Origin: an uncultured Methanoregulaceae archaeon
GTDB taxonomy: Archaea; Halobacteriota; Methanomicrobia; Methanomicrobiales; Methanospirillaceae
Reading direction: 5' to 3'
NCBI GenBank assembly: GCA_963717525.1
Contig: OY970343.1
Coordinates: 2,208,001-2,272,000, forward strand
Length of the DNA: 64,000 bases
Part shown: one piece after another, positions 48,239-59,927 of the stretch
How the letters are laid out: each line of letters begins with the position of its first letter
How positions within the stretch are numbered: position 1 is the first letter of the stretch
Translations under genes and position numbers: made by a program
Notes under the pieces: generated by a model
Databases searched by the model: none
What the model saw: only the letters and a program-made list of their open reading frames with translations
What the model was told of the DNA's origin: nothing

Positions 48239-50516
48239 CGCGGTTTCTCGCAGCTTCGAGGATGATGCGTTTCTCGGTCTTTGCGACCGCTTCGCGGATC
48301 TTTGCAATGGCATCGATGTTTGCAGAGATGCTGGTGATCCCGTGTTCCACGAGCCAGATCGCCATCTTGGGGTCTGATCCCGCCTGCCCGCAGATCGAGC
48401 ATTCGACACCATAGGCCCGGCACTCTTGGATCGCGTTGTGAATCAGGGAAAGGACCGCCGGGTGCTGGGGGTTGTACATGTCGGCCACGTTTTCGTTGTT
48501 CCGGTCGATGGCGATCGTGTACTGGATGAGGTCGTTTGTCCCAAAGGAGGCAAACTTGATCCCGGCTTTGAGGAAGTCCTCGATCATAATGGCGCTTGCC
48601 GGGATCTCGATCATGATCCCGAGGGTCACGTTCTCCACGTCAACGCCCCACCCCCTCATCATCTCTTTTGCCTTGATGAACTGGTCGGGGTGGGAGACCA
48701 TCGGGAACATGACGCCAAGGTGCTCGTAGCCGGCCTTCCAGAGGCGCTTGAACGCCTCCACCTGGAGCCTGAACTGGTCGAAGCTCTGGAGATCCCGGCG
48801 GATACCACGCCAGCCGAGCATCGGGTTGTGCTCGTGGGGCTCGCTCTCGCCGCCCTGCATGTTCCGGAACTCGTCGGTCGGCGCGTCAAGCGTGCGGACC
48901 CAGACCGTCTTTCCCGGGAATGCATCGAGCACGATCTTTATGCCGTCGTAGAGCTCTTTTACGAATTCCTCCTCTTTGTGGTTGGCGATGAACCAGCCGG
49001 GCGTCTTGTTGAGCCCGAGGATCAGGTGCTCGATCCGGAGCAGACCGACACCGTCGGCGCCGGTTGCCGCTGCCCGGGCCGCTGCCTCGGGGATCGAAAC
49101 GTTTACTTTCACACTTGTCGCCGTGATAATCGGGCCGCTTCCTCCAGATGCCGCTGGTACGGCTGCGCCAGCCTTTGCCTGTGTCAGCCCGCCAACTGCA
49201 CCTTCGTAGACAATTCCCATCTCACCGTCGACGGTGACGATCTGCCCGTTTTTGAGCTGCTGGGTCGCCGTCTTTGTCCCGACCACTGCAGGGGTGCCCA
49301 GTTCCCTGGAGACGATGGCCGCATGGCAGGTCATGCCACCTTCATCGGTCACGATGGCGGCGACCTTTCTCATCGCCGGCACCATGTCGGGGTTGGTCAT
49401 GCGGGTGACAAGGATGTCGCCCTCCTTGACTGTGCCGGTGTCTTTTACATCCCGGATGATGACAACTTTCCCGGTCGCGATACCCGGTGCCGCTCCCTGT
49501 CCTTTCAAGAGAATCTTTGCGTCCTTGCTCTGTCCTGACATGCCCTTTCCCTCTTTCTTTCCGATTGTGGTGATCGGCCGGGACTGGAGGATATAGATGG
49601 TCCCGGCGACAATACCCCATTCAACATCCTGCGGTACGCCATAATGGTTCTCCGCGATCTTGCCGTACATGGCAAGCTTTGTGATCTCACCTTCTGAGAG
49701 GACCTGCGCATCCTGTCGCGCAGGGTCAAGGGGGACCAGCTTCGTGCCATGGGAACCGTCGGGTATGATCTCAACTTTCTTGTTTGCGATGGTCGTTTCC
49801 CCGACAGATTCCGTCCGCTGGTCAAAGACGTAGTGGTCCGGTGAGACCGACCCGGAGACGACCGCCTCTCCCAATCCCCACGACCCCTCGATGATGGTGA
49901 GGGGTTCCCCGCTGATCGGGTGGGAGGTGAACATGACCCCGGCCTTCTCCGAGTGTACCAGCTGCTGGACAACGACCGCGATGTTGACGGTGTGTTCCTC
50001 GAATCCCTGCTTTGCCCGGTAGTAGATCGCCCGTGCCCCGTAGAGTGAAGCCCAGCAGTCCTGGACTGCGGAGAGAAGTGCAGCCTCGCCCCTGATATTG
50101 AGATACGTCTCCTGCTGGCCGGCAAAACTTGCGTCGGGCAGGTCTTCGGCCGTGGCGCTCGACCTTACGGCGACAATCAGGTCTTTTTGTGCCATCTTTT
50201 TGTAGGAGGCTTTGATATCGTCTTTTATCGACACCGGCATCTTTGCCTTGATCACCAGACCTTTTATGGTATCGGCAGCCTTTCCAAGGGCCGCATTATT
50301 CTCTACATCGATATTTTCAGAGACCTTGTAGATCTTCTGGTCAAGGCCGGTCTCGACAAGAAACCTCCGGAAGGCCTGGGCGGTGACCACGAACGCCGGG
50401 GGCACCGGAAGGCCGATCGAAGCCATCTCGCCAAGGGACGCACCCTTGCCACCCACTGAGACGATATCCTCCTTCCTGATCTCTTCGAGCCATAGAATAT
50501 TGGGCACATCTTTCAT
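48228..50516 (-). CDS. ppsA: Phosphoenolpyruvate synthase
   Basis: VGGKGASLGE, AVRSSATAEDL..ASFAGQQ, GGMTCHAAIVSRE and GTNDL; start MKDVP at 50516. Confidence 0.95.
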   Translation of the reverse strand: MKDVPNILWLEEIRKEDIVSVGGKGASLGEMASIGLPVPPAFVVTAQAFRRFLVETGLDQKIYKVSENIDVENNAALGKAADTIKGLVIKAKMPVSIKDDIKASYKKMAQKDLIVAVRSSATAEDLPDASFAGQQETYLNIRGEAALLSAVQDCWASLYGARAIYYRAKQGFEEHTVNIAVVVQQLVHSEKAGVMFTSHPISGEPLTIIEGSWGLGEAVVSGSVSPDHYVFDQRTESVGETTIANKKVEIIPDGSHGTKLVPLDPARQDAQVLSEGEITKLAMYGKIAENHYGVPQDVEWGIVAGTIYILQSRPITTIGKKEGKGMSGQSKDAKILLKGQGAAPGIATGKVVIIRDVKDTGTVKEGDILVTRMTNPDMVPAMRKVAAIVTDEGGMTCHAAIVSRELGTPAVVGTKTATQQLKNGQIVTVDGEMGIVYEGAVGGLTQAKAGAAVPAASGGSGPIITATSVKVNVSIPEAAARAAATGADGVGLLRIEHLILGLNKTPGWFIANHKEEEFVKELYDGIKIVLDAFPGKTVWVRTLDAPTDEFRNMQGGESEPHEHNPMLGWRGIRRDLQSFDQFRLQVEAFKRLWKAGYEHLGVMFPMVSHPDQFIKAKEMMRGWGVDVENVTLGIMIEIPASAIMIEDFLKAGIKFASFGTNDLIQYTIAIDRNNENVADMYNPQHPAVLSLIHNAIQECRAYGVECSICGQAGSDPKMAIWLVEHGITSISANIDAIAKIREAVAKTEKRIILEAARNRDAE

Positions 50517-50660
50517 GCTCGCACCACTTATGATCTCACCTCCCCCCTGTTTAAGTATTATCATCTTCCGGCTCCCGATCCGGGGGTGCCCGCGGGGGTC
50601 CTTGTGCCGGAACCAAGAATAATCCTGATTAGGTATTGCGCAGATATTGTATGGGTTTTT

Positions 50661-52265
50661 ATGGCAAACGCGAGAGTGCTCGTCAGCGATCCGCTGGCGG
50701 AAGAAGGGCTGGCGATCCTCAGGGAGGCCTGCAGAGTCGACGTCAAAACAGATCTCAAGGAGGACGAACTCTGCGGGGTTATCGGCGAGTATGATGCCCT
50801 GATCGTGCGGAGCGGGACAGAGGTTACCGCAAAGGTGATAGCGGCGGGGAAACGGCTCAGGTTTATCGGGCGTGCCGGCGTCGGTGTTGACAATGTGGAT
50901 GTGGACGCGGCCACCCGTCAGGGGGTCATCGTGGCAAACGCACCCGAGGGAAACACCCTTGCGGCGACCGAGCACACGATGGCGATGATGCTCTCGCTCG
51001 CACGAAATATCCCCCAGGCCAACGCGAGCCTGAAAAAGAAGGAGTGGAAGCGCTCGAAGTTCATGGGCGTGGAGCTCAACGAAAAGACGCTCGGGATTGT
51101 CGGTTTTGGCCGGATCGGTCGTGAGGTGGCAAAGCGGGCAAACGCGATGGACATGAAGTGCGTCGCCTACGACCCGTTTATCTCCAAGGAGCGTGCCGCC
51201 CAGCTCGGCGTCAGGGTGATCTCCCTCGAGGAGCTCTTCACCGTTGCCGACGTGATCACGGTGCACACCCCGCTGATTAAGGAGACAAAACACGTCATCA
51301 ACGCGAAAAGCATCGCAACGATGAAAGACGGCGTGCGGATCATCAACTGCGCCCGCGGCGGGATCATCGATGAGGCGGCGCTCGATGACGCTATCAGGTG
51401 TGGTAAGGTTGCCGGTGCGGCGCTCGATGTCTTCGAGACCGAGCCCCCGCTCGAATCGCCGCTCCTCTCGCTCGACAACGTGATCGTGACTCCTCATCTT
51501 GGGGCAAGTACGGTCGAGGCCCAGAAGAACGTGGCGATTTCGGTGGCAAAGCAGTGCATCGAGGTCCTCAACGGCGGTTCCGCGAAGTACGTCGTGAACG
51601 CACCGATAGTCCCGAGCGAGCATGCCGAGGTGCTTGAGCCGTTTGCCGAACTTGCCGAGAAGATGGGACGCTTTGCGATCCAGACGGTCGAAGGCCGTCT
51701 CGCATCGGTCCAGTGCATCTATGGTGGCGAGCTCTCCGCATATGCGGGAAGCATGAAGTTTGTGACCCGGCTGGTGCTCAAAGGGCTGCTTGACCCGATC
51801 CTCCAGACACCGGTCAATATCGTCAACGCCGAGTTTGTCGCAAAGGAACGCGGTATCACGATGAGCGAGACGGTGACCGAGGAGGCCCATGGATTTAAGA
51901 ACCTCATCACGATCAAGGTCAAAACCGACAAGACCGAAGAGACCGTCTGCGGGACGGTGTTCGTGAAGGGCCGCAGCCGGATCGTCTCGGTTGACAAGTA
52001 CACGATGGACTTGATCCCCGAGGGATACGTCATTGTCTCCCGGCACCTGGACAGGCCGGGTGTGATCGGCAGGGCGTCGACGATCCTCGGGAAGTGCAAC
52101 ATCAACATCGCTGGTATGCAGGTCGGGCGGATCAACCCCGGCGAAGAGGCGCTCATGGTCCTGAGCGTGGACAGCGAGGTGCCCGAGGACGTGATGAAGG
52201 AGATCCGCTCGATGCCGGGTATCTTCTCTGCAACGTTTGCCAAAATCTCATCAAAGAAGATCTGA
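50661..52265 (+). CDS. serA: D-3-phosphoglycerate dehydrogenase
   Basis: RAGVGVDN, GFGRIG, NCARGG and TPHLGAST; C-terminal ACT domain DRPGVIG. Confidence 0.96.
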   Translation: MANARVLVSDPLAEEGLAILREACRVDVKTDLKEDELCGVIGEYDALIVRSGTEVTAKVIAAGKRLRFIGRAGVGVDNVDVDAATRQGVIVANAPEGNTLAATEHTMAMMLSLARNIPQANASLKKKEWKRSKFMGVELNEKTLGIVGFGRIGREVAKRANAMDMKCVAYDPFISKERAAQLGVRVISLEELFTVADVITVHTPLIKETKHVINAKSIATMKDGVRIINCARGGIIDEAALDDAIRCGKVAGAALDVFETEPPLESPLLSLDNVIVTPHLGASTVEAQKNVAISVAKQCIEVLNGGSAKYVVNAPIVPSEHAEVLEPFAELAEKMGRFAIQTVEGRLASVQCIYGGELSAYAGSMKFVTRLVLKGLLDPILQTPVNIVNAEFVAKERGITMSETVTEEAHGFKNLITIKVKTDKTEETVCGTVFVKGRSRIVSVDKYTMDLIPEGYVIVSRHLDRPGVIGRASTILGKCNINIAGMQVGRINPGEEALMVLSVDSEVPEDVMKEIRSMPGIFSATFAKISSKKI

Positions 52266-52384
52266 CTCTTTTAATACATTTTTGAGGAGTCTGCTGACCC
52301 CTCCCGAATACCATCCACGAGCTTCCACTCTAGGGGATGTGTACCAAAAAAAGAATGTCCTAGTGGCATCCCCGAAGATATACA

Positions 52385-52708
52385 TCAGGGATTTTGCACT
52401 TCTTCCTCATATACCCTGACGGTCACCGGCAGGATGTTGGGGCGCTTGTCTGTCATGATGTAGGTGTACGCCATCATGTGCACCATGTACTCAAGATATC
52501 CTTTGGCAAAATCCGAGAGCCCCTGGTGCCGCCTGCCGAGGATCAGGATATGGAACCACTGGATGACCAGGCAGATGGTAGCAATAAGCCCGTATACAAA
52601 TGCCACGATTGCAATCAGGATCCAGTAGATAATACGGATAAGCAACTCCAGGCGGCTTGCATCGTGCACGTAGGTGAAGAGCTGGGGGGGTGTCGTTCCT
52701 TCGGTCAT
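52385..52708 (-). CDS. DUF4389-like membrane protein
   Basis: SRLELLIR, QWFHILILGRR and TDKRP. Confidence 0.75.
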   Translation of the reverse strand: MTEGTTPPQLFTYVHDASRLELLIRIIYWILIAIVAFVYGLIATICLVIQWFHILILGRRHQGLSDFAKGYLEYMVHMMAYTYIMTDKRPNILPVTVRVYEEEVQNP

Positions 52709-52877
52709 GATATCGATAGTCCCTCTTTGAGGCCGGGGCTGATAAAACACGTGTTGAATGAAATTTTTTTTGTGGTACAAAATGGTAATCTATGCACCCC
52801 GATGAGAGGGGTTGCGGCACGGGTACACTATTTTTTAATAATAGGATGACAGATGTTATAGAGCATCAGAACCACGC

Positions 52878-52951
52878 GGGCTCGTGGTCTAGTTGGCTAT
52901 GACGTCGCCTTGACATGGCGGAGGTCCTGAGTTCGAATCTCAGCGGGCCCA
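52878..52951 (+). tRNA. tRNA-Val (GAC)
   Basis: Acceptor stem GGGCTCG/CGGGCCC; anticodon arm TCGCC-TTGACAT-GGCGG. Confidence 0.95.
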
Positions 52952-53075
52952 TCGCGACGCTTTTTTTGTTCTCTTCTCACAGAGCGTGATGCCTGCACTT
53001 TCATAGCTGCCGGCGGATACGAATCTCTTCTCAGATTCCGGCATGACCTCCTATCGTTCTGAACCAATAAGCCCT

Positions 53076-53345
53076 TCACCATCTGTTTTTCCCGGTATCG
53101 TTATACAGCAGCCAGATGGCATAGAGCATCGAAGCGCAGGCAGCGAGCAGGATCAGTGAATTCAGGCGGGGAAGCCCGTATGGATAGAAAATTCGGTCCC
53201 CTTCAAAAAGGGCAAAGAGCGCAAAAGCGATCGCAATGAGCCAGCCGTACGCCATCTTGTTCCTGGCCGCGATCAGCACCGCGATCACCGCAACCAGACA
53301 TTCCAAGAGGATAGCAAGAATATTGATAACACCGGTGAAATCCAT
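53076..53345 (-). CDS. Small 3-TM hypothetical membrane protein
   Basis: Hydrophobic; shares the K.AYGW..A.AF.LF motif with 22095-22355. Confidence 0.7.
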   Translation of the reverse strand: MDFTGVINILAILLECLVAVIAVLIAARNKMAYGWLIAIAFALFALFEGDRIFYPYGLPRLNSLILLAACASMLYAIWLLYNDTGKNRW

Positions 53346-53431
53346 GGTTCAGGATAGGTATCCCCGGCAATATCTGTTTTCCGGGTGACCTGAAACGGGG
53401 CTAAAAAAAGATAAAGGGGTATCTGTTTCTG

Positions 53432-54712
53432 TTATGCCGTATATCCGGCATAATTTGCCGCAATCTCCTGTGGAGTCAGGGCCCGGTTATAGAGTGCGGT
53501 TGACCCTATATACCCGTTGTAATTGAAATCGTTGCCCGGGCTCGCGGCATTTTGTTGTCCGATATTTACCGGGAAGTTATTATTATTCGCAATATTGACC
53601 AGACCATTCGGGGTGGGGGGAGTCGTTTGGGTTGAGCCCAGATTCGGTACATTACTGTTGTCATAGACAAGGGGCAGGGCTACACCATTATTATAAATAG
53701 TCAGCTGGCCGTTATTGACGGTAGCGGTCACGTAATTCCACTGGTTTGCATTGACCGTCGGAGGAGTTATTGCCTGGTAGTGCTGGCCATCGGTAGCATC
53801 GTTCCATTCGAATAACAGCTGGTTTCCCAGCTGGAAGAGCTGGTAATTGTCGTTCTCATTTGCGGCACTGCTCCCGGCGCTGGTTGTCAGACCTTTCCCG
53901 ATCAGCTGCTGCCAGTTACCGCTGTCGCCCGCTGATCCTGCCGTGGTCGGATCAAACCACATGGAGATGGCCATATTCCCGGTGAAGGCGAGTCCGGTAG
54001 AATCCGGGATCGTGATGTATGAGCCACCACTGAACAAGGTCGCCAACATGCCCCCGGGCCCGGTTGGCGTGGTGATGAGATTCCCGTTGACATTCTCGGT
54101 TATAGGGTTACAGTTTACATCGTAGAACTGTCCGGTGCCAGTACCAAGGAATCCCCCGGCCACCGGCAATGCTGTTGCCCCGTTCTTTACCGTCTCGGTA
54201 TAAGACCCCGCAATCACATGCACGTTCTGGTCGATCATCTGGATAGTCCAGGTGCCAAGTGCCATGGGCCGGAGCGTTCCGGTCGGTGGAGTCTGGGATA
54301 TTGCATAGGTGCACTGCGTTGACGAGGGTGTGTTGTTCGGGTAGATGAAGAGCGTTTTGCCGTACAGTGTCCCGTTCAGGGAACTCGCATCAGGGTACAG
54401 CACCTGCCCGGTGGGGCTGATCGCCTGAAGGGTGACCTGCGTACCAGTCGCACCGGAGGTCTGCCCGGTCAGGTAGAAGGGATCTCCTGCTTTTGGCAGG
54501 AAGGTCAGTACATCATCCGAAATCCCACCCGGTTGCGGGAGGGTAGCTATGCCCGCACTTCCCGCAACATAGACGCTCTTTTTGAGGAACAGGGGGTTGA
54601 GTGCGCCGGTAAATGCAGCATAGGCTATTGCGGCGATCACGAGCACAAGTATGATGATCAGGATCTCTGCGGCGACCTCAGAGATACCCTGGTTTGTCTT
54701 CGGATCTCTCAT
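53432..54712 (-). CDS. Archaeal type IV pilin-like protein with a C-terminal LamG (ConA-like) domain
   Basis: Class III signal-like NQG|ISEVAAEILIIILVL; LamG pattern ISMWF, NQWNYVTAT, IYNNG, YNGYIG and LYNRALT..EI. Confidence 0.8.
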   Translation of the reverse strand: MRDPKTNQGISEVAAEILIIILVLVIAAIAYAAFTGALNPLFLKKSVYVAGSAGIATLPQPGGISDDVLTFLPKAGDPFYLTGQTSGATGTQVTLQAISPTGQVLYPDASSLNGTLYGKTLFIYPNNTPSSTQCTYAISQTPPTGTLRPMALGTWTIQMIDQNVHVIAGSYTETVKNGATALPVAGGFLGTGTGQFYDVNCNPITENVNGNLITTPTGPGGMLATLFSGGSYITIPDSTGLAFTGNMAISMWFDPTTAGSAGDSGNWQQLIGKGLTTSAGSSAANENDNYQLFQLGNQLLFEWNDATDGQHYQAITPPTVNANQWNYVTATVNNGQLTIYNNGVALPLVYDNSNVPNLGSTQTTPPTPNGLVNIANNNNFPVNIGQQNAASPGNDFNYNGYIGSTALYNRALTPQEIAANYAGYTA

Positions 54713-54757
54713 GGATATCAGTGTGTAATAATTGGTTTTCCTGTATTATCTCTCTAT

Positions 54758-55243
54758 TCATGTAATCCGGCAGCCGCCGGCCCCGCCATGTTTCTCATGG
54801 TACTGCTGGTGGTACTTCTCGGCCCTCCAGAAGACGGTGGCAGGGATGATCTCGGTGACCACCGGTCGTTTGAACCGGCCGGATCGTTCGATATCTTCCT
54901 TTGACTGGATGGCCGCCTGCATCTGTTCCGGGTCATGATAAAAGATCACCGAGCGATAATTTGTCCCGGTATCTGGTCCTTGCCGGTTTTTCTGGGTCGG
55001 ATCATGGATCGACCAGAAGATGGAAAGCAGCTTCCGGTACGTTACCATGTCAGGATCATACAAAATTCGCACTGCCTCGGCATGCCCGGTCTGACCGGTA
55101 CAGACCTCCTCGTACCGGGGATTTTTTGTCGTCCCTCCTGCGTACCCGACCTCTGTTACCATGACTCCGGGAATTTTCCGGAATGCCTCTTCAACACCCC
55201 AGAAACAACCCGCCGCGAAGGTAGCGGTCTTCAGATCTCCCAT
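54758..55243 (-). CDS. msrA: Peptide methionine sulfoxide reductase A
   Basis: GCFWGVE, GYAGG, TGHAE, HDPTQ.NRQG and AEKYHQQY. Confidence 0.95.
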   Translation of the reverse strand: MGDLKTATFAAGCFWGVEEAFRKIPGVMVTEVGYAGGTTKNPRYEEVCTGQTGHAEAVRILYDPDMVTYRKLLSIFWSIHDPTQKNRQGPDTGTNYRSVIFYHDPEQMQAAIQSKEDIERSGRFKRPVVTEIIPATVFWRAEKYHQQYHEKHGGAGGCRIT

Positions 55244-55471
55244 TGCATACACCTCCACCGGGATCCTTTTTTTATACCTGTTAAGATTTTCGGTACACTG
55301 CAGTTCATGGCCACGAAGGCAACCATCATAATCGATAACAACGAATCCTGTTCTGCGAAAAGGTGGTGCCGGTGGGTTCCGGCTGGACCTGATGGGGATA
55401 AACCGACCGTAATCCTGTGCATGGCTGTGGTACCGTGACGGCAGGAACCCGGTGCGTGAGGGAACAAAGGA

Positions 55472-56614
55472 ATGCGGATACTGTTTGTCGTATGCGGCGA
55501 GGGACTGGGACACTCGTCCCGGTGCATCCACCTTGGCCATTACCTGGAGCAGCAGGGGCATTCGGTCAGTTTCGTGGCATATGGAAAATCCTATGATTTT
55601 TTCCATGACCATGGGTGTATCACGGTCTACCGGGGTGAGCGTGAAGTCTGCCTCGAAGGCGAAAACGGCTTTTTCTCCCTCAAAAAGACTCTCTGGTGCT
55701 CGCGGTGGATTGCCCTGAACCTTGTCCGGTCCGGGCTTCGTGTGACAAGGTTGATCCGGGAACACCAGATCGACTGCGTGGTCTGCGATACGATGTATGC
55801 GGGAGTCCTTGCGGCCCGGCTCCGGAAGGTCCCGGTCATCTTTATCACCAACCAGAACCGGTTCAGTGGCCCGGGGGGCGGGAAGAACCCGGTCTGGAGT
55901 GTCCTCAACTTTTTAATACGGCGTTACCTGAGACTCTCCGCTGCGGTCCTCATCCCCGACTATCCCCCTCCCCAGACCGTAAGTGAATACAACCTCCTCA
56001 TTCCGGAGGGGGAACGGCGGCACTATCACTTCACCGGGCCGTTCCTTGAGGTCGACCTCTCCCGGTACCACTTCGGACAGGAGACGATCTTTACCAGTTT
56101 TGGGGGCGAACCCTACAAGCTCCCGCTCTACCGGCTGCTCCGGACGATCGCCGACACGAGAAAAGACCTGATTTTCGATGTCTTCTACACCGGGGCGATC
56201 CTCCCGGAATCTTCGGACAATTATCTTTCGCACGGGTACGTGCCCAACCTCTACGAGCACCTCGCCGAGGCACGAATCGCCATCGTACACGGTGGGCTGA
56301 CCACCCTTCACGAAGCGCTGCTCTTTTCTAAGCCGGTCCTCATCATCATGGACCCGGGTCACCCGGAGCAGCAGAACAATGCAAAGAAGATCGTCGACAT
56401 GGGGGCAGGGACGGTCGTGGACGGCCGGACGGTCAACAAGGAGATACTCGAAAAAAAGATCGCGGAGACCATTGCGCTTCCCCCCCGCACCAGCGGCCCC
56501 GATCTTGCGTTGGTGAACGGCAGGAAGAATGCCGCGGCGATCATCGAAGCAGTCGCCCGCGGTGCGGCAAAAGGAAAGGTTAAGGCGTCGCTTCCCACAA
56601 AAAGTGAGCAGTGA
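55472..56614 (+). CDS. GT-B glycosyltransferase (MJ1255/MurG-like)
   Basis: [20 protein letters not shown] and HPEQQNNA. Confidence 0.85.
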   Translation: MRILFVVCGEGLGHSSRCIHLGHYLEQQGHSVSFVAYGKSYDFFHDHGCITVYRGEREVCLEGENGFFSLKKTLWCSRWIALNLVRSGLRVTRLIREHQIDCVVCDTMYAGVLAARLRKVPVIFITNQNRFSGPGGGKNPVWSVLNFLIRRYLRLSAAVLIPDYPPPQTVSEYNLLIPEGERRHYHFTGPFLEVDLSRYHFGQETIFTSFGGEPYKLPLYRLLRTIADTRKDLIFDVFYTGAILPESSDNYLSHGYVPNLYEHLAEARIAIVHGGLTTLHEALLFSKPVLIIMDPGHPEQQNNAKKIVDMGAGTVVDGRTVNKEILEKKIAETIALPPRTSGPDLALVNGRKNAAAIIEAVARGAAKGKVKASLPTKSEQ

Positions 56615-56889
56615 AGGATATGGGGATTTCTGCGGAGATAAAAACCATAAAGCCGGGGGAGAACCTGCACATCTGCCCGGCGTGTGGATATGAGTACGGG
56701 TTCCATATCTCCTTTGTCAGCGTGAATGCCGCACAGGACGGGAAAGAGAGCCCGGTGAAATCCACCCGGGACCTCTTCCGGGTGATCCTGATCTGCCCTG
56801 AATGCGGAGCCCGGTTCGATGCAGGCTGGAGGATCTCGTTCTGCGAGGAGGAGAGCCACATTGTCAGGGCTGCCGGGATCCCGCACTGA
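56611..56889 (+). CDS. Small zinc-finger (CPxCG) protein
   Basis: CPACGY..GFH and CPECGARFD. Confidence 0.75.
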   Translation: MKDMGISAEIKTIKPGENLHICPACGYEYGFHISFVSVNAAQDGKESPVKSTRDLFRVILICPECGARFDAGWRISFCEEESHIVRAAGIPH

Positions 56890-56958
56890 CGCAGCGGCCA
56901 TTGTCCTGGGGGAGGATGAACACAGGGCTGCCATGCAGCCATGGCACTGGAGGGCCTG

Positions 56959-58102
56959 ATGCAGTGCATCCGGTGCAAGGGAAAAGGATTGTGTGGCCTG
57001 CCACAGTGTCCGATCACCAGCAGGTTCCTTGCACAGGCAGAAGTGAAACCCTCAGCGAGCTACCGGGGCACAGCTCCATCGGTCTTTATCGGGAGTTTCG
57101 GCTACCCGGATGTCCAGGGCGGCCCGCTTCTTATTGATGACAGCGACCATCCCCCGGACTGGCTGGCCCGCAACCTCAGGATCGAGGATGTTGTGGGTCT
57201 CCGGGCCAGGACGATCCGCGGGCGATCCCCGGCCCGGCAGTTCACCGGCAACCTTCAGGAGATTGCCCTCTCGTCACGACCCCTCGATGTCGACGTCGCG
57301 TTCTCCCGCCCGGTCTCCTTTGCGATGACCTTCGATGGGACGGTCGCGCCGGTGGGGTTCTCGGGGGAGGTACGGCGGTTTGACGTGGTGGGCAGCGCCA
57401 CCGTTGAACGACTTGTCGACCGGATCACTTCCGATACCGATCTTGGGGCTACCGAAGCCTGTGTCGAACTGTCCCGTGGGGGAAACGATGTCTACAGCAT
57501 CACAAAGCTCATGACCTCGGGGCTCCTTGGTCGGCACCGGCACTTTGTCCCCACCCGCTGGGGGATAACCGCGGTCGATGATACACTCTCCACAGCATTA
57601 AAAAAGGAGATTGCTCGGTACCCTCCTCTCGAAGAGTACCCGGGTCTTTTCCGGGGAGGTCTTTGCAAACCGGATTGTCTGCATCCTTGCCCCGGGGGAC
57701 TGGCGGTACGAGATGATCGAGGTCTGGGGGAAACAGACGCTCTGGGCCGGGGATACTGAAGCGATCGTGCAGGACCGGGAAGGGATAAAAAAACAGGGGT
57801 ATTCCCCGATCTCCGGCGCCTATTACTCGGCCCGGCTTGCCGTGTGCGAGTACCTTGCACGGACACGGCGTTCGGCCCGGGTGATTGTGCTGCGGCACAT
57901 ATCCAGCGATTACTGGGCGCCGCTCGGGACCTGGGTGATCCGAGAGGCGGCCCGGAAGGCGATGGCATCTCCACCGGTCTCCTGCGAATCGCTGGATGCA
58001 GCCGTAGCTGTCGGTTCCGCCCGGATCGGATTTGGGTACTGGCAGCAGCACAGCACGCTCATCCCCGAGATGCGCACCCAGCGGACCCTCTTCTCGTTCT
58101 GA
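56959..58102 (+). CDS. nreA: Nre-family DNA repair protein; +1 indel near 57640
   Basis: CIRCKGKGLCG..CP, PSVFIG..GYP, VPTRWGITAVD, GAYYSARL and YWAPLGTWVIRE; C-terminal PIP box QRTLFSF. Confidence 0.88.
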
Positions 58103-58106
58103 TCGG

Positions 58107-59759
58107 TTATCCCGTGTACGCTTGGGCTGATTTTGACTGCCGATGGTACCTGTCCCTGATGCCTTCGAGCGTCTCGATCTCGGTCGTGTCCTTGTCGTCC
58201 CTGATCCGGATGAACCGGGGGAACCTGAGGGCAAACCCCGCTTCGTAGGTCGGGCTGACCTGGAGTTCGGCGTATCCCACCTCAAAGACCAGTGCCGGCT
58301 CGAAACGCACCTCTTTCCCGGCGCCTGAGATCACCGTGTCCTTGAGGAGATCGTACACCTCGCCCAGTTGCTCGTCAGAGAATCCGGTGGCTACCCGGGA
58401 GAGCGGGATAAGTTTTCCCTGGTCCTGGCAGGCCACCAGAAACGACCCGAAGACGTGCGCCCGTTTTCCCTCGCCCCATTCTGCGCCGATTACGGCGAGG
58501 TCGAGGGTATCTACCTCCGGCTTGATCTTGATCCAGTTCTTCCCCCGCTGGCCCGGGGTATATGGCGAATCCGGCACCTTGAGCATAATCCCCTCGTGGC
58601 CGGCGGCAAGTGCGTCATGGTAGGTCTGTTCGATGACCTGCGGGTCGGCACTCACTACCTGCGGGGCGACATACTGTGTTACCCTATCCACGAGGATGCT
58701 GCGGCGCTCGTGGAACGGGAGATCGATCAGGGTTTTTCCGTCAAGATAGAGAATATCGAAGACATTGGGCACCATCCTGATCTCCTCCTGGGCCCCGGCT
58801 ACATCGTGACGGCGGCGGAACCTGCGTAACACGGACTGGAACGGCATCGGTCTGCCGTCTTTGATCGCGATCACCTCCCCGTCGAGGATCACATCGTGGG
58901 AGGTCGATGCCTGCATAAGCGCAATCACGTCGGGAAGGGCCGCACTGACGTCTTCGAGCCGGCGCGAGTACATCATGGCCTTATCGCCCTCCTTATGGAA
59001 CTGGAACCGCGATCCATCGTACTTGTATTCCGCTGCCACCTCGCCGTGGTCTTTTACCATGCCGGCAATGGTGCCCTGCTGGGCAAGCATCATCCGTACC
59101 GGGTGAAAGAGCGTTATGTGAACATCTGCGAGGGCGTCTGGCCCCATTTTCGCAAGGCGTGCCACCTCTCCCAGGTCATTTATGGCCTGCATCGCGTGCT
59201 CGACAAGGACCGGGTCAACCGAGAACGCCTTTGCAATCGCCTCGCGAACGGTCCCTTCACCCACCCCGATACGGAGTTCTTCAAGCATGATCCGTGCGAG
59301 GTACCGCCCTTCGAGAGGGGTTGCATCACCCAGCATCAACTTGACCGAACGCATCTTCTCTTTCTGGGAGGTTGCCCCGCCCCGGGCCGCGATGCTTATC
59401 AGTCTGGCATTGACCTCGACAAGGTCAAGATCCTGGGATGATAACGATGCCTGCGACTTCTTCGCGAGGAGTTCTTCGACTGCATTTCCCACGTCTCCGG
59501 TTTTATTGATCCGGTCGATGACCGCATCCTTCTTTACCCCGGCGACATAACCCACGGATTCATAGAGAAGGTTCGGGCCTATGCCGAGTTTCTGGGCGCT
59601 CCAGTCGGGAAAGATTCTCCCCATGATAAACCGGACAAAGACGGGGAGTTCTTCAGATGACAGACGTGGCAGCACCCTGCTGATCACATCGATCATGTCA
59701 AGACGGCCGGAGATGTGCTCGATCTCTTCGCAGCACCGTGAGAACTCTGAGAACAGCAT
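58107..59759 (-). CDS. lig: ATP-dependent DNA ligase
   Basis: EYKYDG, ILDGE, EGIMLK, WIKIK and [11 protein letters not shown]. Confidence 0.96.
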   Translation of the reverse strand: MLFSEFSRCCEEIEHISGRLDMIDVISRVLPRLSSEELPVFVRFIMGRIFPDWSAQKLGIGPNLLYESVGYVAGVKKDAVIDRINKTGDVGNAVEELLAKKSQASLSSQDLDLVEVNARLISIAARGGATSQKEKMRSVKLMLGDATPLEGRYLARIMLEELRIGVGEGTVREAIAKAFSVDPVLVEHAMQAINDLGEVARLAKMGPDALADVHITLFHPVRMMLAQQGTIAGMVKDHGEVAAEYKYDGSRFQFHKEGDKAMMYSRRLEDVSAALPDVIALMQASTSHDVILDGEVIAIKDGRPMPFQSVLRRFRRRHDVAGAQEEIRMVPNVFDILYLDGKTLIDLPFHERRSILVDRVTQYVAPQVVSADPQVIEQTYHDALAAGHEGIMLKVPDSPYTPGQRGKNWIKIKPEVDTLDLAVIGAEWGEGKRAHVFGSFLVACQDQGKLIPLSRVATGFSDEQLGEVYDLLKDTVISGAGKEVRFEPALVFEVGYAELQVSPTYEAGFALRFPRFIRIRDDKDTTEIETLEGIRDRYHRQSKSAQAYTG

Positions 59760-59927
59760 GAGGTTTCTGATGTGTGGGTTGGTGACCGGAGAATTAACAT
59801 TTTGCTGTATCGCGGGATGGGGCGAGGCACCTTCGGATACTGGCCTTTTCCGTTTTTTATAGCCAAGGTAAAAGTATTTTTAATTTCCTACCGATAATTC
59901 ATGCAGTGCAGGTTGTGGAACAATCCT

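Noticed and set aside
48228..52046. 1272-aa minus-strand ORF suggesting a giant PpsA fusion
   Set aside because: The first ~510 aa are the stop-free antisense of serA plus intergenic DNA; PpsA homology starts at 50516
52878..54712. Integrated element at tRNA-Val
   Set aside because: No integrase and no duplicated tRNA 3' end found in the window
54758..55765. 335-aa extended MsrA
   Set aside because: The extension is antisense to the glycosyltransferase and intergenic DNA; MsrA starts at 55243
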